From positions 1 to 56,595 of IMG/VR virus record IMGVR_UViG_3300020045_020339: DNA of 56,595 bases; one strand, 5' to 3'. Origin of the DNA: a virus (Duplodnaviria > Caudoviricetes). The translations under genes were made by a program, and so were the position numbers. Numbering within the stretch: position 1 is the stretch's first letter; each line of letters begins with the position of its first letter. The notes under the pieces were generated by a model. It did no database searches. It was given only the letters and a program-made list of their open reading frames with translations, and was not told the DNA's origin. Positions 8,671 through 18,777 of the stretch are shown one piece after another.

Positions 8671-8925
8671 ATGGAACCTAAAAAAGTGGCCTTGAAATCA
8701 GAGATAGTGGATAAGATAAAATCTGACCCGATTTTATACGGTGCAGTTGCTTCTGCTTTGGGTGTTGCGCCTCTTTCTTTACCAAGGATATTAGCTAAGG
8801 AAAATAACGATAAGCTTACTCAATTTACCGTTCTGTCTGCTATTAAAAAGCATTTGGGGAACGTCAAAGATAGTGACTTATTGGAAGAAATGCAAGAGCC
8901 TGAACCAAAAACCGCCGCCGCCTGA
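8671..8925 (+). CDS. Cro-like protein
   Basis: 84 aa, divergent from cI, AVASALGVAPLSLPRIL helix-turn-helix-like. Confidence 0.65.
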   Translation: MEPKKVALKSEIVDKIKSDPILYGAVASALGVAPLSLPRILAKENNDKLTQFTVLSAIKKHLGNVKDSDLLEEMQEPEPKTAAA

Positions 8926-9032
8926 TGAAACCAGATGAACCATTAGCCTTGTTTTTTGTGGCCCTGCTTTGCGATATGATGGGCATTAAACAAGAGCCTA
9001 AGCCGGTAATTAAAGAAGAAAAGATTGCTTAA
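8925..9032 (+). CDS. 35-aa hydrophobic peptide (not in ORF track)
   Basis: TGATG coupling to the cro stop; MKPDEPLALFFVALLCDMMGIKQEPKPVIKEEKIA. Confidence 0.5.
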   Translation: MKPDEPLALFFVALLCDMMGIKQEPKPVIKEEKIA

Positions 9033-9050
9033 TAATAAATACGCTTGAAC

Positions 9051-9332
9051 ATGACAACAAATCAAAACCCACTAAACATTTTAAGGCTTGCCATTGCAAT
9101 TATTGTAACACTCATTATAGCCGTAGCAATAGGCATTTTATTCTCTGGCTGTGTAGCCGGTAACTATTCTAAGTATAATCATTTTAAGGAAGAGGGCAGG
9201 TATAAAGACAGAAGGCTGATGAAGCATATTGCCGACAGCCTTTACAAAACCGGTGATAGCTCTTGTTTTGTAATGCAAAAGGATGGTAAGTGGTGCCTGA
9301 ATTGCAAAGACAGTTTAAAATTTAGCAAGTAG
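9051..9332 (+). CDS. Membrane/lipoprotein-like hypothetical protein
   Basis: Long hydrophobic segment ending ILFSGC; ATG 9051 preferred over TTG 9045. Confidence 0.6.
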   Translation: MTTNQNPLNILRLAIAIIVTLIIAVAIGILFSGCVAGNYSKYNHFKEEGRYKDRRLMKHIADSLYKTGDSSCFVMQKDGKWCLNCKDSLKFSK

Positions 9333-9333
9333 C

Positions 9334-9609
9334 ATGAATAAAATATACGAAAGCGAAAAAATGGTTGTACACGATGATAGAGAACCATTAACAGAAGAAA
9401 AAGCATTTGAATTGCTGTGGAGTGGTGAACTGATCCGGGTAAATGATCTGCCTGATTTTTCAGCAGAAAACGAAATAGACATTTTCGGGCCAGAATTTTT
9501 AATCGGCATTACTGATATTATCTCTCGTGATGTTTTGGAAAAGCAGTCAAAGGAAGAATCTGAAAAACAGGTGTATGAATATTTGCGAGGGTATGAAATT
9601 TATCGGTAA
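9334..9609 (+). CDS. Acidic hypothetical protein
   Basis: 91 aa ORF in early operon. Confidence 0.7.
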   Translation: MNKIYESEKMVVHDDREPLTEEKAFELLWSGELIRVNDLPDFSAENEIDIFGPEFLIGITDIISRDVLEKQSKEESEKQVYEYLRGYEIYR

Positions 9610-9687
9610 CACTAAAACCAGCTACTAAACCCCATTAATAAAAAAAGCCGCAGGTTTCTGACACCATACGGCAATAAAACTTGAACA

Positions 9688-10092
9688 ATGACAAAATTAA
9701 CGAATGGCGCTGAATACTGCAACGATAAATTTCCGGCTGAGTTTGCAGAGTACTTAATTCAAAACGGTTTTTCAGCAGTAGTTACAAAAGATGTTATCTG
9801 CTTTCATAAGGACAGATCAATAAAGCTTTTTGTAAAAGCCGATCACATTGATCTGTTGAAAATTATTCCTGATCATGAAGGATTTAAACTAGCACATCAA
9901 CAAAGCCACAGTGGCATTGCTCAGTTAAACATTTTTGGATGGATAATGCTGATGCATGTAATGGGAGTAATAACCATTCGTCAATTCTTAAATAATGCAG
10001 AGAAAGCTGATAAGCAATTGGCAACAGAGGCAAGGTCAATAATTAATAGTGTTTTACAATTTCAAATACCAACAGTAAACTTTCAGGCATGA
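9688..10092 (+). CDS. Hypothetical protein
   Basis: 134 aa ORF, operon spacing. Confidence 0.7.
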   Translation: MTKLTNGAEYCNDKFPAEFAEYLIQNGFSAVVTKDVICFHKDRSIKLFVKADHIDLLKIIPDHEGFKLAHQQSHSGIAQLNIFGWIMLMHVMGVITIRQFLNNAEKADKQLATEARSIINSVLQFQIPTVNFQA

Positions 10093-10283
10093 GACCGGCA
10101 CAGGAAGCATATAACTGGATTAAAAAAGTTATCGACAGTTGCGAAAACACTTTCCATTTTGATGGCGCTGATGCTTTAATAGAATTATTTGTAAAGAGGC
10201 ATCCAGAGGAAACGAATTTGATAATGTTTTTACAAACACAGCGTAGCGAAAGGTTCAAAAAAGTTCATTCAATATTATCATAA
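10089..10283 (+). CDS. Hypothetical protein
   Basis: ATGA overlap with upstream gene. Confidence 0.7.
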   Translation: MRPAQEAYNWIKKVIDSCENTFHFDGADALIELFVKRHPEETNLIMFLQTQRSERFKKVHSILS

Positions 10284-10293
10284 AAATAAAATC

Positions 10294-10413
10294 ATGTTAG
10301 CATTAAAAATTATCGGCTGTATCATCCTTAGTTTAATAGTAATAGCAGCAGTTGGTTTAATTGTTATTGTTTTAAAAATACCTGTTGATGGTGGTTATGG
10401 GGATGAGGTATAA
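10294..10413 (+). CDS. 39-aa single-TM peptide (not in ORF track)
   Basis: MLALKIIGCIILSLIVIAAVGLIVIVLKIPVDGGYGDEV with A-rich leader. Confidence 0.6.
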   Translation: MLALKIIGCIILSLIVIAAVGLIVIVLKIPVDGGYGDEV

Positions 10414-10457
10414 AATTTATAATGTGGTTTCTCTTTGAGGGGAATCCTAGTTTCGAC

Positions 10458-10648
10458 AGGGCTGTGTATATACACTGGCCCTCCTTTAAAAAAAAGTTCT
10501 TTAAATATTTGCAGGTTCAGGGTTTTATTAGGGTAAAGAGACGGTAGCATTTTTATGCAGGCCGTCCATTTTAAAAATTTGGTTCAAGTATGTTCAATAT
10601 AGCAAGCAATCGTTAGTCGGGTTGTGTCTACAACCTGGCTTTTTAAAA
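10458..10648 (+). other. Non-coding array of three tetraloop hairpins with a boxA-like element
   Basis: Hairpins 10458-10482, 10540-10566 and 10615-10640, each followed by TTTAAAAA; GTTCTTTAA at 10496-10504. Confidence 0.6.
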
Positions 10649-10794
10649 AGTATTTACTAACTCAACAATTATAAAAATGAAAAAGACCAGGCACTTACCG
10701 GATGAACTGAAATAACAAGGTGAAAAACCGGAAAACAAAAAACAAAGGAGCCGGTGCAATCGGTCAGCCGGCTTCTTTTAAAAATTCTTTTACT

Positions 10795-10950
10795 ATGACA
10801 AATTATGAACAATGGCAGCAAGAAACTTACGGCAACATCATAACAGATAATTGTCAGGATGAAACAGAAAATGGTAGTGAAGCCAGGGAGATTAATGATA
10901 GTAAAGTTGAACAGGAAGCATTGATCAATTTAATAGAACAACAATTTTAA
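10795..10950 (+). CDS. Small acidic protein
   Basis: ATG 10795 (MTNYEQWQQETYG...), after hairpin 10747-10775. Confidence 0.55.
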   Translation: MTNYEQWQQETYGNIITDNCQDETENGSEAREINDSKVEQEALINLIEQQF

Positions 10951-10995
10951 ATAAAATAGCCCTGCACTAACAGGGCCATAAAAAAAACTTAAAAG

Positions 10996-11982
10996 ATGAG
11001 TACAGGTACAAATGTAAATCAAAAACTTTCAATCATCCAAAAGATTGAACAGGTAGCACCAACGCAACTGGTTACTATACCAGAAGTGGCAGATCGTTTC
11101 AGACAGATTTATAAAATCATGAATGGCGGCAAAGAAGATGTTGCAGAATCAAAGTATGAAGCTGAAAAATTTCACTTCATGAAATTACTGCAGGATACAC
11201 CAGCCTTACAGCAATGCAGCAAATTAAGCCTGTACGGTTGCTTTTTAGACATGGCTGTTAATGGACTTTCCTTCGATAAAAACATGAAGCATGCGTATGT
11301 AGTAAGCTTTAATACAAACGTAGGAAGTAAAGACAGCCCCAAATGGGAAAAACGTGCGACGCTAATGATCAGCGGTTATGGAGAGTTGCACATGAGAGTA
11401 AAGCAGGGCCAAATTAAACATGCTGACAATCCCATCCTTGTTTATGAAGGCGATCACTTTCAGCATGGCACCAAAGATGGCAAAGTATTTTTAGAGCATG
11501 TGGCCACTTTCCCACGTAAATCAGATAACATCATCGCTTGTTACCTACGCATACAACGCAATGACGATACGGTAGATTATAAAGTATTGGGCATTGATGA
11601 GGTAATGAAATTCCGTGATTTTTCTAAAGATAAAAACAGCCTTGCATGGACCAGTGGCTTGCCTGGTATGGTACAAGCAAAAACTATGAAGCATGCCTTC
11701 CGCTCTTATCCTAAAATGCGTATGGGAGAGTTTAGCCAATTACAAAGTCAGGTGATTGATCAAGAGGTTGAATTGATGTCTAAAATTGATTACGGTTTGA
11801 ATGGAAGTATGCCAGCAAATAATTTACCAGAAGCTGCCGGTGAATTTGAAGTTGCTATGATTATTGAGCAACCTAAAAAAGAAGCCGCCCCTGCACAGGT
11901 TATTAACGACGATGAATTTGCAGATCCCCTCAAAACAGTAACAGCGTCAGCCGGAAAGGTTTTCCATGATGACGATTTCTAA
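10996..11982 (+). CDS. recT: RecT-family single-strand annealing protein
   Basis: LQQCSKLSLYGCFLDMAVNGLS, HAYVV, ISGYGEL, VYEGD and MVQAKTMKHA motifs; acidic tail HDDDF. Confidence 0.85.
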   Translation: MSTGTNVNQKLSIIQKIEQVAPTQLVTIPEVADRFRQIYKIMNGGKEDVAESKYEAEKFHFMKLLQDTPALQQCSKLSLYGCFLDMAVNGLSFDKNMKHAYVVSFNTNVGSKDSPKWEKRATLMISGYGELHMRVKQGQIKHADNPILVYEGDHFQHGTKDGKVFLEHVATFPRKSDNIIACYLRIQRNDDTVDYKVLGIDEVMKFRDFSKDKNSLAWTSGLPGMVQAKTMKHAFRSYPKMRMGEFSQLQSQVIDQEVELMSKIDYGLNGSMPANNLPEAAGEFEVAMIIEQPKKEAAPAQVINDDEFADPLKTVTASAGKVFHDDDF

Positions 11983-12015
11983 AAAATAATTTTTTAACTC
12001 ATTCAATTTATAAAA

Positions 12016-13419
12016 ATGTTAGCAGAAGAAACAACAACAGAAAATAACCAGGTAGCAATAATTAAAAACTCTATTGAGATTTTTAAAGAAGCGCCACAAA
12101 TTCTACAGGCAAACCAGCTTAAAACGCAAAAGGCTTTGGCAGTAGGTAATCAGATTTTGGAACAATGGAATGCAGCCTTTGCTATAGCTGATGAAGCAGA
12201 AAAGATTGCAGCACTGGCAGTAGTTGATGAACGTAGTAATAACTACCTGGTGAACTGTAACAATGCCGTTAAGCAACAAAAGGAATTACGTGCCGCCATC
12301 ACCCAAATGATGGATAAATTCAAAGGCATGTTTACTGATGCTGAAAACCAGATCGATAAAACAAAGCCTGGCTCTGTTCCTGCAACTGTGCAATTACAGC
12401 GTGATAATTATGCAAAAATTTCTTTTGAAATAGCAGAGAAAAAAAGAAAGGAAGCTGAGCGTATTGCTGCAAAAGCAAAGGAAGCTATTGAAATAAGAGG
12501 CTCGTATGAAACCAGACTAAGCGGTCAGTACAATGATTATTTGTTAGAAAGAAAGCAGGCTTACAGCAATTCTTTTAATGCCATTACGCTGGACAATTTT
12601 ACTGAAAAAGAAGCGGCGCTGCAAAGCCTTAAACCAACCTTCAAATTTATTCCTAAACTGGATACTCTTCTTGTTGCTTACCACGACATCAACGAAATGA
12701 CAGCCATTGCTAATGAAGTTATCAATGCAAACACAGTTGGCTACGAAAACAACTTTTTAGCAGAGATCAATTTACAAATCGCTGATTTACTAAGCAAGCT
12801 GCCATCTAAAAAATCTGAGCTATTGGAAGCTAAAAGGTTGGCTGATGAAGATGCTGCAGAATTAGAAAAACAACGTAAAGAAAAAGAGCAGCGTGATGCC
12901 GCAATTGCAAAAGCTAATGCCGAACAAAAAGCAAAATTGGAAAAGGAAGCAGAAGCTGCAAGAGTTGCTAATGAAAAGAAAAATGCTGAGTTAAAAGCTC
13001 AACAGGAAAAAGCTGATGCGGAAAAAAAGCAACGGGAAGAAGAAGAGAATGCGAAACTTTTAAAAGAAGCAGAAGATGCTAAAGCTAATGCTGCACTGGA
13101 AGCAGATATTAAAGCACAGGGTGATGCAACAATGGTAATGTTTGAACAAGAAGCCTGCCTTGCAGAAAGCACTCCGGCCAACACTGCAAGGCAGGGTTAT
13201 GAAATTGAAGTATTACACCCAGTAGGTTACACGCAAATTTTTGCTTTATGGTTTGAGAATGAAGGGAAGAATTTAGGTATCGATAAAATTGGCAACACTA
13301 AGCTTGATCAGATGAAAGCATGGGCCGAAAAGGTTGCTCATAAATCAGGTACTAAAATCGAAAGCAAATTCATTAAATACGTTGAAAGCTTCACTGCTGT
13401 AAATAAAAAAGTAAAGTAA
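12016..13419 (+). CDS. Coiled-coil protein in recombination module
   Basis: 467 aa, long A/E/K-rich helical segments. Confidence 0.75.
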   Translation: MLAEETTTENNQVAIIKNSIEIFKEAPQILQANQLKTQKALAVGNQILEQWNAAFAIADEAEKIAALAVVDERSNNYLVNCNNAVKQQKELRAAITQMMDKFKGMFTDAENQIDKTKPGSVPATVQLQRDNYAKISFEIAEKKRKEAERIAAKAKEAIEIRGSYETRLSGQYNDYLLERKQAYSNSFNAITLDNFTEKEAALQSLKPTFKFIPKLDTLLVAYHDINEMTAIANEVINANTVGYENNFLAEINLQIADLLSKLPSKKSELLEAKRLADEDAAELEKQRKEKEQRDAAIAKANAEQKAKLEKEAEAARVANEKKNAELKAQQEKADAEKKQREEEENAKLLKEAEDAKANAALEADIKAQGDATMVMFEQEACLAESTPANTARQGYEIEVLHPVGYTQIFALWFENEGKNLGIDKIGNTKLDQMKAWAEKVAHKSGTKIESKFIKYVESFTAVNKKVK

Positions 13420-13422
13420 TCA

Positions 13423-14088
13423 ATGTCAATCATAAAAGATCCATATTACGATAGGCCGGAAGTTTCCAATTCAACATTGGGAGAACTGGAAAAATATTTT
13501 ATGCCAGCTCAATACATTATTGATTTGGAGGCGGCCTATCGTTTTGGTAACATCTTAGATGCGATGATTACAGAACCTGCTCAGGTAGATTATTTCAAAA
13601 AAAGTATTGGTGGCGTAAAGATCAATCCGGAAGAGTTTGATAAGGCAGATAAAATGAAGAAGGTATTTTTTGCAGATCCTTTTTGTAAAAGCCTGGCTGC
13701 TCAATGTGATATGCAGAAAGTAACCATTAAACATAACTGGCCAATAGAATATGGCAGCTTCATTTTTCATCTTGATATGCGTTGCAAATGGGATTTTTTC
13801 GCAAAGAGAATTGATTTATCTGGGGACTTAAAAACTACAGCCTCTACAACGCAGAAGCAATTTGAAGAAGCAATATTTCATTACAACTATGACAGGCAAG
13901 CTGCATTGTACATGGATTTAGAAGGTAAAAGCAATTTTATTTTCATAGGTATTTCAAAAGCGAATTTCAAAATATTCAAGTTTATTGTTAAAAGAGGCGA
14001 TGCCACTTATAACAGCGGAAAAGAAAAGTACCAGGAATTAGCATTTCGCTATTGGTATTTATTCGGTGACATTAAAATGAGCGCATAA
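13423..14088 (+). CDS. PD-(D/E)XK exonuclease (RecE/exonuclease VIII-like)
   Basis: VSNSTL, FGNILD, RCKWD, DLKTT and YDRQAALY motifs; near recT. Confidence 0.8.
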   Translation: MSIIKDPYYDRPEVSNSTLGELEKYFMPAQYIIDLEAAYRFGNILDAMITEPAQVDYFKKSIGGVKINPEEFDKADKMKKVFFADPFCKSLAAQCDMQKVTIKHNWPIEYGSFIFHLDMRCKWDFFAKRIDLSGDLKTTASTTQKQFEEAIFHYNYDRQAALYMDLEGKSNFIFIGISKANFKIFKFIVKRGDATYNSGKEKYQELAFRYWYLFGDIKMSA

Positions 14089-14550
14089 GTGGTAGAGTTA
14101 TTAATCCATACCCACAACCAAAAAGTGATCAATCCGCAAGAACTGGTTAACCTTTTTAAAAACCTGAAGGATGGTAAGCACCTGGTAACAATTAAGGATG
14201 TAAGAAAAAGAAGCGTGAATCAAAATGCTTATTACTGGGGTGTGGTTGTTCCAATGGTAAGAAAAGGATTATTTGAGATTGGTTTTGATGAGGTTCAGAC
14301 TTATGATGATGCTCATGAGCTTTTAAAAAAGCAGTTTGTTAGAAGACAATTTGCAAATAAACAAACAGGAGAGGTGGTAACAATTACAGGTAGTACAACC
14401 GGGTTAAGCATACCAGAGTTTAATGAATACATAGAAAGGGTTTGTAAATGGTCAGCCGAATATCTAGGAGTGGTTATTCCATCACCTAATCAGGAATTAG
14501 CAGAGTTTGAAAATTGGGAAAAAGAAATGGTTTGCAATGGTACCGATTAA
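14089..14550 (+). CDS. NinB/DUF1367-like protein
   Basis: RSVNQNAYYWG, HELLK and STTGLSIPEFNEYIERV motifs; GTG start. Confidence 0.65.
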   Translation: MVELLIHTHNQKVINPQELVNLFKNLKDGKHLVTIKDVRKRSVNQNAYYWGVVVPMVRKGLFEIGFDEVQTYDDAHELLKKQFVRRQFANKQTGEVVTITGSTTGLSIPEFNEYIERVCKWSAEYLGVVIPSPNQELAEFENWEKEMVCNGTD

Positions 14551-14779
14551 AAATAATATCAGCTGGTATCCGGGTTTAAGAAGAATGATGTTGGTACCAT
14601 GGATTTATAAAGTGCCGGATTTCAGCTTTATCAACAAAGATGCGTACGAAAATTTTAAGTGTAAAATAATAAAAGTAAAAGCTGCACCAGATGCTGCAGT
14701 TCAATATAAACCAATTATTAACCGGGTGCCGGTATCAAAAAAACAGGCGGCACCCATTAAACAACAAGCACTATTCTAA
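14537..14779 (+). CDS. Hypothetical protein
   Basis: ATG 14537, stop overlaps next ATG. Confidence 0.55.
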   Translation: MVPIKNNISWYPGLRRMMLVPWIYKVPDFSFINKDAYENFKCKIIKVKAAPDAAVQYKPIINRVPVSKKQAAPIKQQALF

Positions 14780-15453
14780 TGTCAAAGAAAACTGGTATTG
14801 AAAAAGTAGAAGGCAACACAATCGTTATTAACGATACAAAAGCCTTTAGTAGCCACATGAAAAATATTTCAGATAAACTTAGTGGCAAAACTGAAATGGA
14901 AGTTTTTTATGGTCCTCCTATTATTTCCATTGCTCCCGAAAAAAGACAGAGTGTAAAAATTTTAAAAGCAGCAATTGTCGATGATCTGTTTTTAGAATGG
15001 AAGTTAGAAGAAGAACTTCCGGGCCACAGCAGAAAATCTTCTACAGAATCATGCACTGTGCCTGTACATGATCACCTAAAGTTTGCTATCCAAAAATTAC
15101 ACAAGCACTTGGCGCTTATATGCGATCAGGTTAAGCAACCAAAAGCAGCCGATTTTGAAAACATAGAGTTTGAAGGATTTATTGTTTCTGGCTTTGAAAT
15201 TAAAGGCCGTGAAGAAAACCATGGTGTTACTATTAAAGGTAGTAGGGAAGGCAAATATGGTACCGTGAATTTAACCAGCCCGATTGCAAAATACGACTCC
15301 TCTTCTTATCCATTTATCAGCGAATTAGGACTTGATGTAAATGATGCTATTGCAGAGGTGGAAGCTTATTTATTTGATGGTAAGAGAGCACCGGAAAGGC
15401 AACTGGATATTGATTTTCCAGAAGCTCCGGAAGCGGGTGAGGAGGAAGAATAG
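14779..15453 (+). CDS. Hypothetical protein with acidic tail
   Basis: 224 aa ORF. Confidence 0.75.
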   Translation: MSKKTGIEKVEGNTIVINDTKAFSSHMKNISDKLSGKTEMEVFYGPPIISIAPEKRQSVKILKAAIVDDLFLEWKLEEELPGHSRKSSTESCTVPVHDHLKFAIQKLHKHLALICDQVKQPKAADFENIEFEGFIVSGFEIKGREENHGVTIKGSREGKYGTVNLTSPIAKYDSSSYPFISELGLDVNDAIAEVEAYLFDGKRAPERQLDIDFPEAPEAGEEEE

Positions 15454-15466
15454 TGGTTGAACTTTT

Positions 15467-15525
15467 TGCCACGTTGGTTAACTAAAATTATAATCGATGT
15501 GTTTGTTTCCGGCGTGGCATTTTTT
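15467..15525 (+). terminator. Large-loop hairpin with U-tract upstream of the MTase fusion gene
   Basis: TGCCACGTTGG 15467-15477 pairs with CCGGCGTGGCA 15509-15519 (two G-U), then TTTTTT. Confidence 0.5.
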
Positions 15526-15570
15526 ATTAATTGAATTTTCTATAAAATAACAATATCAACCCAAAAGAAA

Positions 15571-18222
15571 GTGAACGAAGAATATCAGGAATTTTTAAAA
15601 AGCAAAGTGCGCCTTGCCAACGTTGCAGGTTTTGAAATATCAATCGATGATATCAATCCGGCTTTAAAGCTACACAATAAGCTTATGGTTAAGTGGCTGG
15701 TGAATGGTGGTAGAAGAGCTTGCTTTGCTTCATTCGGCCTGCATAAAACTGTTACGCAATTGGAAACTGTTCGCTGCACTCTTTTGCATACTGGTGGTAT
15801 TGGTTTAATTATCTGTCCTCTTGGAGTAAGACAGGAATTTGTAAGAGATGCTAAAAAGATTTTAGGCTGGTGGACGCCGCCAAAATTTATAAGAAGCTTT
15901 GATGATGTATTGGAATCTGATGAGTGTAGCATTTACTTAACCAATTACGAAACTGTAAGAGACGGTAAACTGGACCCGAGATTATTTCAGGTAGCGTCTT
16001 TAGATGAAGCTTCCATTTTAAGAGGCCTTGGCGGTTCAAAAACATTCCGTGAGTTCATGAGGTTGTTTACCGGTGATGCTGGTCCTATGGGTAACCGTCG
16101 TGGAACTGAATGTGTGCCTTATCGTTTTGTGGCTACTGCTACTCCATCGCCAAATGAATACATTGAACTACTGGCATATGCTGACTTCTTAGGAGTGATG
16201 GATGTAAGCCAGGCAAAGACAAGATTCTTTAAAAGAGATTCCACGCAGGCTGATAAATTAAGATTGCACCCACATAAGGAGGAAGAGTTTTGGTTATGGG
16301 TGGCATCATGGGCCTTGTTTGTTTCAAAACCTTCCGACTTAACAGGAAATGTTGAAGATGATGCTGAATACAATATGCCCGAAATAGATATCCGCTGGCA
16401 TGAAATACCCTCCGATCATTCTGATGCCGGCATCGGGTGGAATAATCAATTCAAAATGTTTAAAGATGATGCGATCGGATTGCAAGGTGCATCAAAAGAA
16501 AAACGTGAAAGCATAGATGCACGGGTTTTAAAGATGATGGAAATAAGAGAAGAAGATCTTTTAGCTCACCGGTTGATATGGCACGACCAGGACAAAGAAC
16601 GTGACGCTATAAAAAAAGTTATTCCTACTGTAAAAATTCTTACTGGTTCACAGGATGAAGAGACGAAAGAAAAAACAATACTTGGTTTTTCTGATGGTGA
16701 ATTTCAGGAGCTGGCAGCAAAAGCAGTAATGGCCGGCAGCGGTTGCAACTTTCAATATCACTGCCATTGGGCAATATACTTAGGCATTGGTTTCAAGTTC
16801 AACGATTTTATTCAAAGTATTCACAGGATACTTCGCTTTCAGCAACAGCATCGGGTAAGAATTGATTTAATCTATACAGAAGCTGAAAGGCAAATTAGAA
16901 AACGGTTAGAAGAAAAATGGAGCAATCACAATAAACAAGTTCAGGTAATGACAGAGATAATAAAAAAATATGGTCTTTCAGTATCGGCCATGGCAGAAGT
17001 ACTCACTCGTAAAATTGGAGTTGAGAGGGTTGAAATTAAAGGCAACAATTACCACATCGTAAATAATGATAACGTGCTGGAGTGTGCTAACATGCAAGAA
17101 AATAGTGTTGGATTAATTCTTACATCTATTCCTTTTGGTAATCAGTATGAGTATTCTCCCAACTATGCTGACTTTGGGCATAGTGAAAACAAAAAAGAGT
17201 TTTGGACGCAAATGGATTTCTTAACGCCAAATCTTTTGCGATGCCTTCAACCCGGCCGCTTAATGTGTGTACACGTTAAGGATAGGATTACTCCAAGTGG
17301 TTTAACAGGTCGTGGGTACCAGACTGTTGATCATCTTCATATTGATGCTGTACTGCATTATGAAAAGCATGGCTTTGGCTACATGGGTATGAAAACTATT
17401 GTTACTGATGTGGTAAGAGAGAATAATCAAACATACCGGTTAGGCTGGACAGAGCAATGCAAGGATGGAAGTAAAATGGGAGTGGGTATGCCGGAATATT
17501 TATTGATTTTTAGAAAGGACCCAACCGATACCGCCAATTCCTATGCTGACTTTCCAGTGGAAAAAGCAAAACCATTACAGCGCAAAAAAGATGGTGCAAC
17601 TCAAAAGTATAATAAGAATGAATACGATTTGCCAATTGTACCAGGTAGTGGTTACAGTCGCAGCCGTTGGCAGATTGATGCCCATGGATACACTCGCAGC
17701 TCAGGCGATCGGTTAATGGACCCGAAAGAATTGGCTGAGATGGATCACTCTGCAATATTCCAAAATTTTAAAGAGCATAGCCTTGCTTCTATCTACGATT
17801 TTGAACAGCATGTTAAAATTGCTGAGGAGTTAGAAGTAATGGGCAAGCTTCCCAGCGGCTTTATGTTATTACAGCCGCAGAGTTGGAGCGATGATGTATG
17901 GACCGATATCACCCGTATGCTTACGCTTAACGGAACCCAATGGAGCATGGGAAAGGAAATGCACATTTGTCCAATGCAATTTGATATTGCCGACCGTGTA
18001 ATCTCTCAAATGAGTAATCCTGGTGATGTTGTTTATGATCCTTTCGGCGGGTTAATGACAGTTCCATTAAGAGCAGTTTTATTAGGCCGCTATGGTATTG
18101 GCCACGAGTTAAGCCCTCAATATTTTTTGGATGGCGCTGTTCACTTGAAAGCTGCAGAATATAAAATTAATGTGCCCACACTATTTGATTTTGCTAACGA
18201 ACTCGAAATTAAAACCGCTTAA
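15571..18222 (+). CDS. Fusion of SNF2/SF2 helicase-like domain and amino (N4-C/N6-A) DNA methyltransferase
   Basis: FGLHKT, LDEAS, TATPSPN and QSIHRILRF helicase motifs; C-terminal TSIPF, HICP and DPFGG methyltransferase motifs. Confidence 0.85.
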   Translation: MNEEYQEFLKSKVRLANVAGFEISIDDINPALKLHNKLMVKWLVNGGRRACFASFGLHKTVTQLETVRCTLLHTGGIGLIICPLGVRQEFVRDAKKILGWWTPPKFIRSFDDVLESDECSIYLTNYETVRDGKLDPRLFQVASLDEASILRGLGGSKTFREFMRLFTGDAGPMGNRRGTECVPYRFVATATPSPNEYIELLAYADFLGVMDVSQAKTRFFKRDSTQADKLRLHPHKEEEFWLWVASWALFVSKPSDLTGNVEDDAEYNMPEIDIRWHEIPSDHSDAGIGWNNQFKMFKDDAIGLQGASKEKRESIDARVLKMMEIREEDLLAHRLIWHDQDKERDAIKKVIPTVKILTGSQDEETKEKTILGFSDGEFQELAAKAVMAGSGCNFQYHCHWAIYLGIGFKFNDFIQSIHRILRFQQQHRVRIDLIYTEAERQIRKRLEEKWSNHNKQVQVMTEIIKKYGLSVSAMAEVLTRKIGVERVEIKGNNYHIVNNDNVLECANMQENSVGLILTSIPFGNQYEYSPNYADFGHSENKKEFWTQMDFLTPNLLRCLQPGRLMCVHVKDRITPSGLTGRGYQTVDHLHIDAVLHYEKHGFGYMGMKTIVTDVVRENNQTYRLGWTEQCKDGSKMGVGMPEYLLIFRKDPTDTANSYADFPVEKAKPLQRKKDGATQKYNKNEYDLPIVPGSGYSRSRWQIDAHGYTRSSGDRLMDPKELAEMDHSAIFQNFKEHSLASIYDFEQHVKIAEELEVMGKLPSGFMLLQPQSWSDDVWTDITRMLTLNGTQWSMGKEMHICPMQFDIADRVISQMSNPGDVVYDPFGGLMTVPLRAVLLGRYGIGHELSPQYFLDGAVHLKAAEYKINVPTLFDFANELEIKTA

Positions 18223-18224
18223 AC

Positions 18225-18776
18225 ATGAAACTTGATTATCAAATCATTGACGGAAAAATTTACGACAGGCAATTAAACGAAATCCCTGTTGATGAAAAAG
18301 GTATTGTAACGCTTATTGTTGAAGGAAAACAAAAAAGGTTTGTGTTATCGAAGCTGGCTGTGTGGATGGAAAATAATATTGAATTAAAGCCAGCTAAAAA
18401 AATAAGGAAAAGCAGAGAGGCAAAAGTAATATCTCAGCCAGAATATTTACCTGAACAGAAACAAAGGGCTGCAAGAAATTCACTTACACCTGAACAAAGG
18501 AAGCTAAAGAAAAACGCTTATATGCGTGAATACAATGCTAAAAATCGGCCGGAAAAAGAAAAGAAGCCTGAAAAAAAAGTAATACGCAGAAATTTAGGCC
18601 GAACCGGTTTACATAGGATGAAAGGATTACTTGCCATTACACCTGATGGAAAGGAGATAGCTTTTAAAAGCAGGGCTGAGGCTTCAAGAAAATTAAATAT
18701 TGATAGAGGTGGAATTTTTCAAGTTTTGAGAAATGAAATTGAATCAGTGAAAGGTTACAAATTTAAAACAGCATAA
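18225..18776 (+). CDS. Basic protein with C-terminal NUMOD1-like DNA-binding motif
   Basis: FKSRAEASRKLNIDRGGIFQVLRNEIESVKGYKFK. Confidence 0.65.
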   Translation: MKLDYQIIDGKIYDRQLNEIPVDEKGIVTLIVEGKQKRFVLSKLAVWMENNIELKPAKKIRKSREAKVISQPEYLPEQKQRAARNSLTPEQRKLKKNAYMREYNAKNRPEKEKKPEKKVIRRNLGRTGLHRMKGLLAITPDGKEIAFKSRAEASRKLNIDRGGIFQVLRNEIESVKGYKFKTA

Positions 18777-18777
18777 A

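Noticed and set aside
10421-10650. CRISPR mini-array
   Set aside because: Units share structure but not a near-identical repeat sequence, and no cas genes are present
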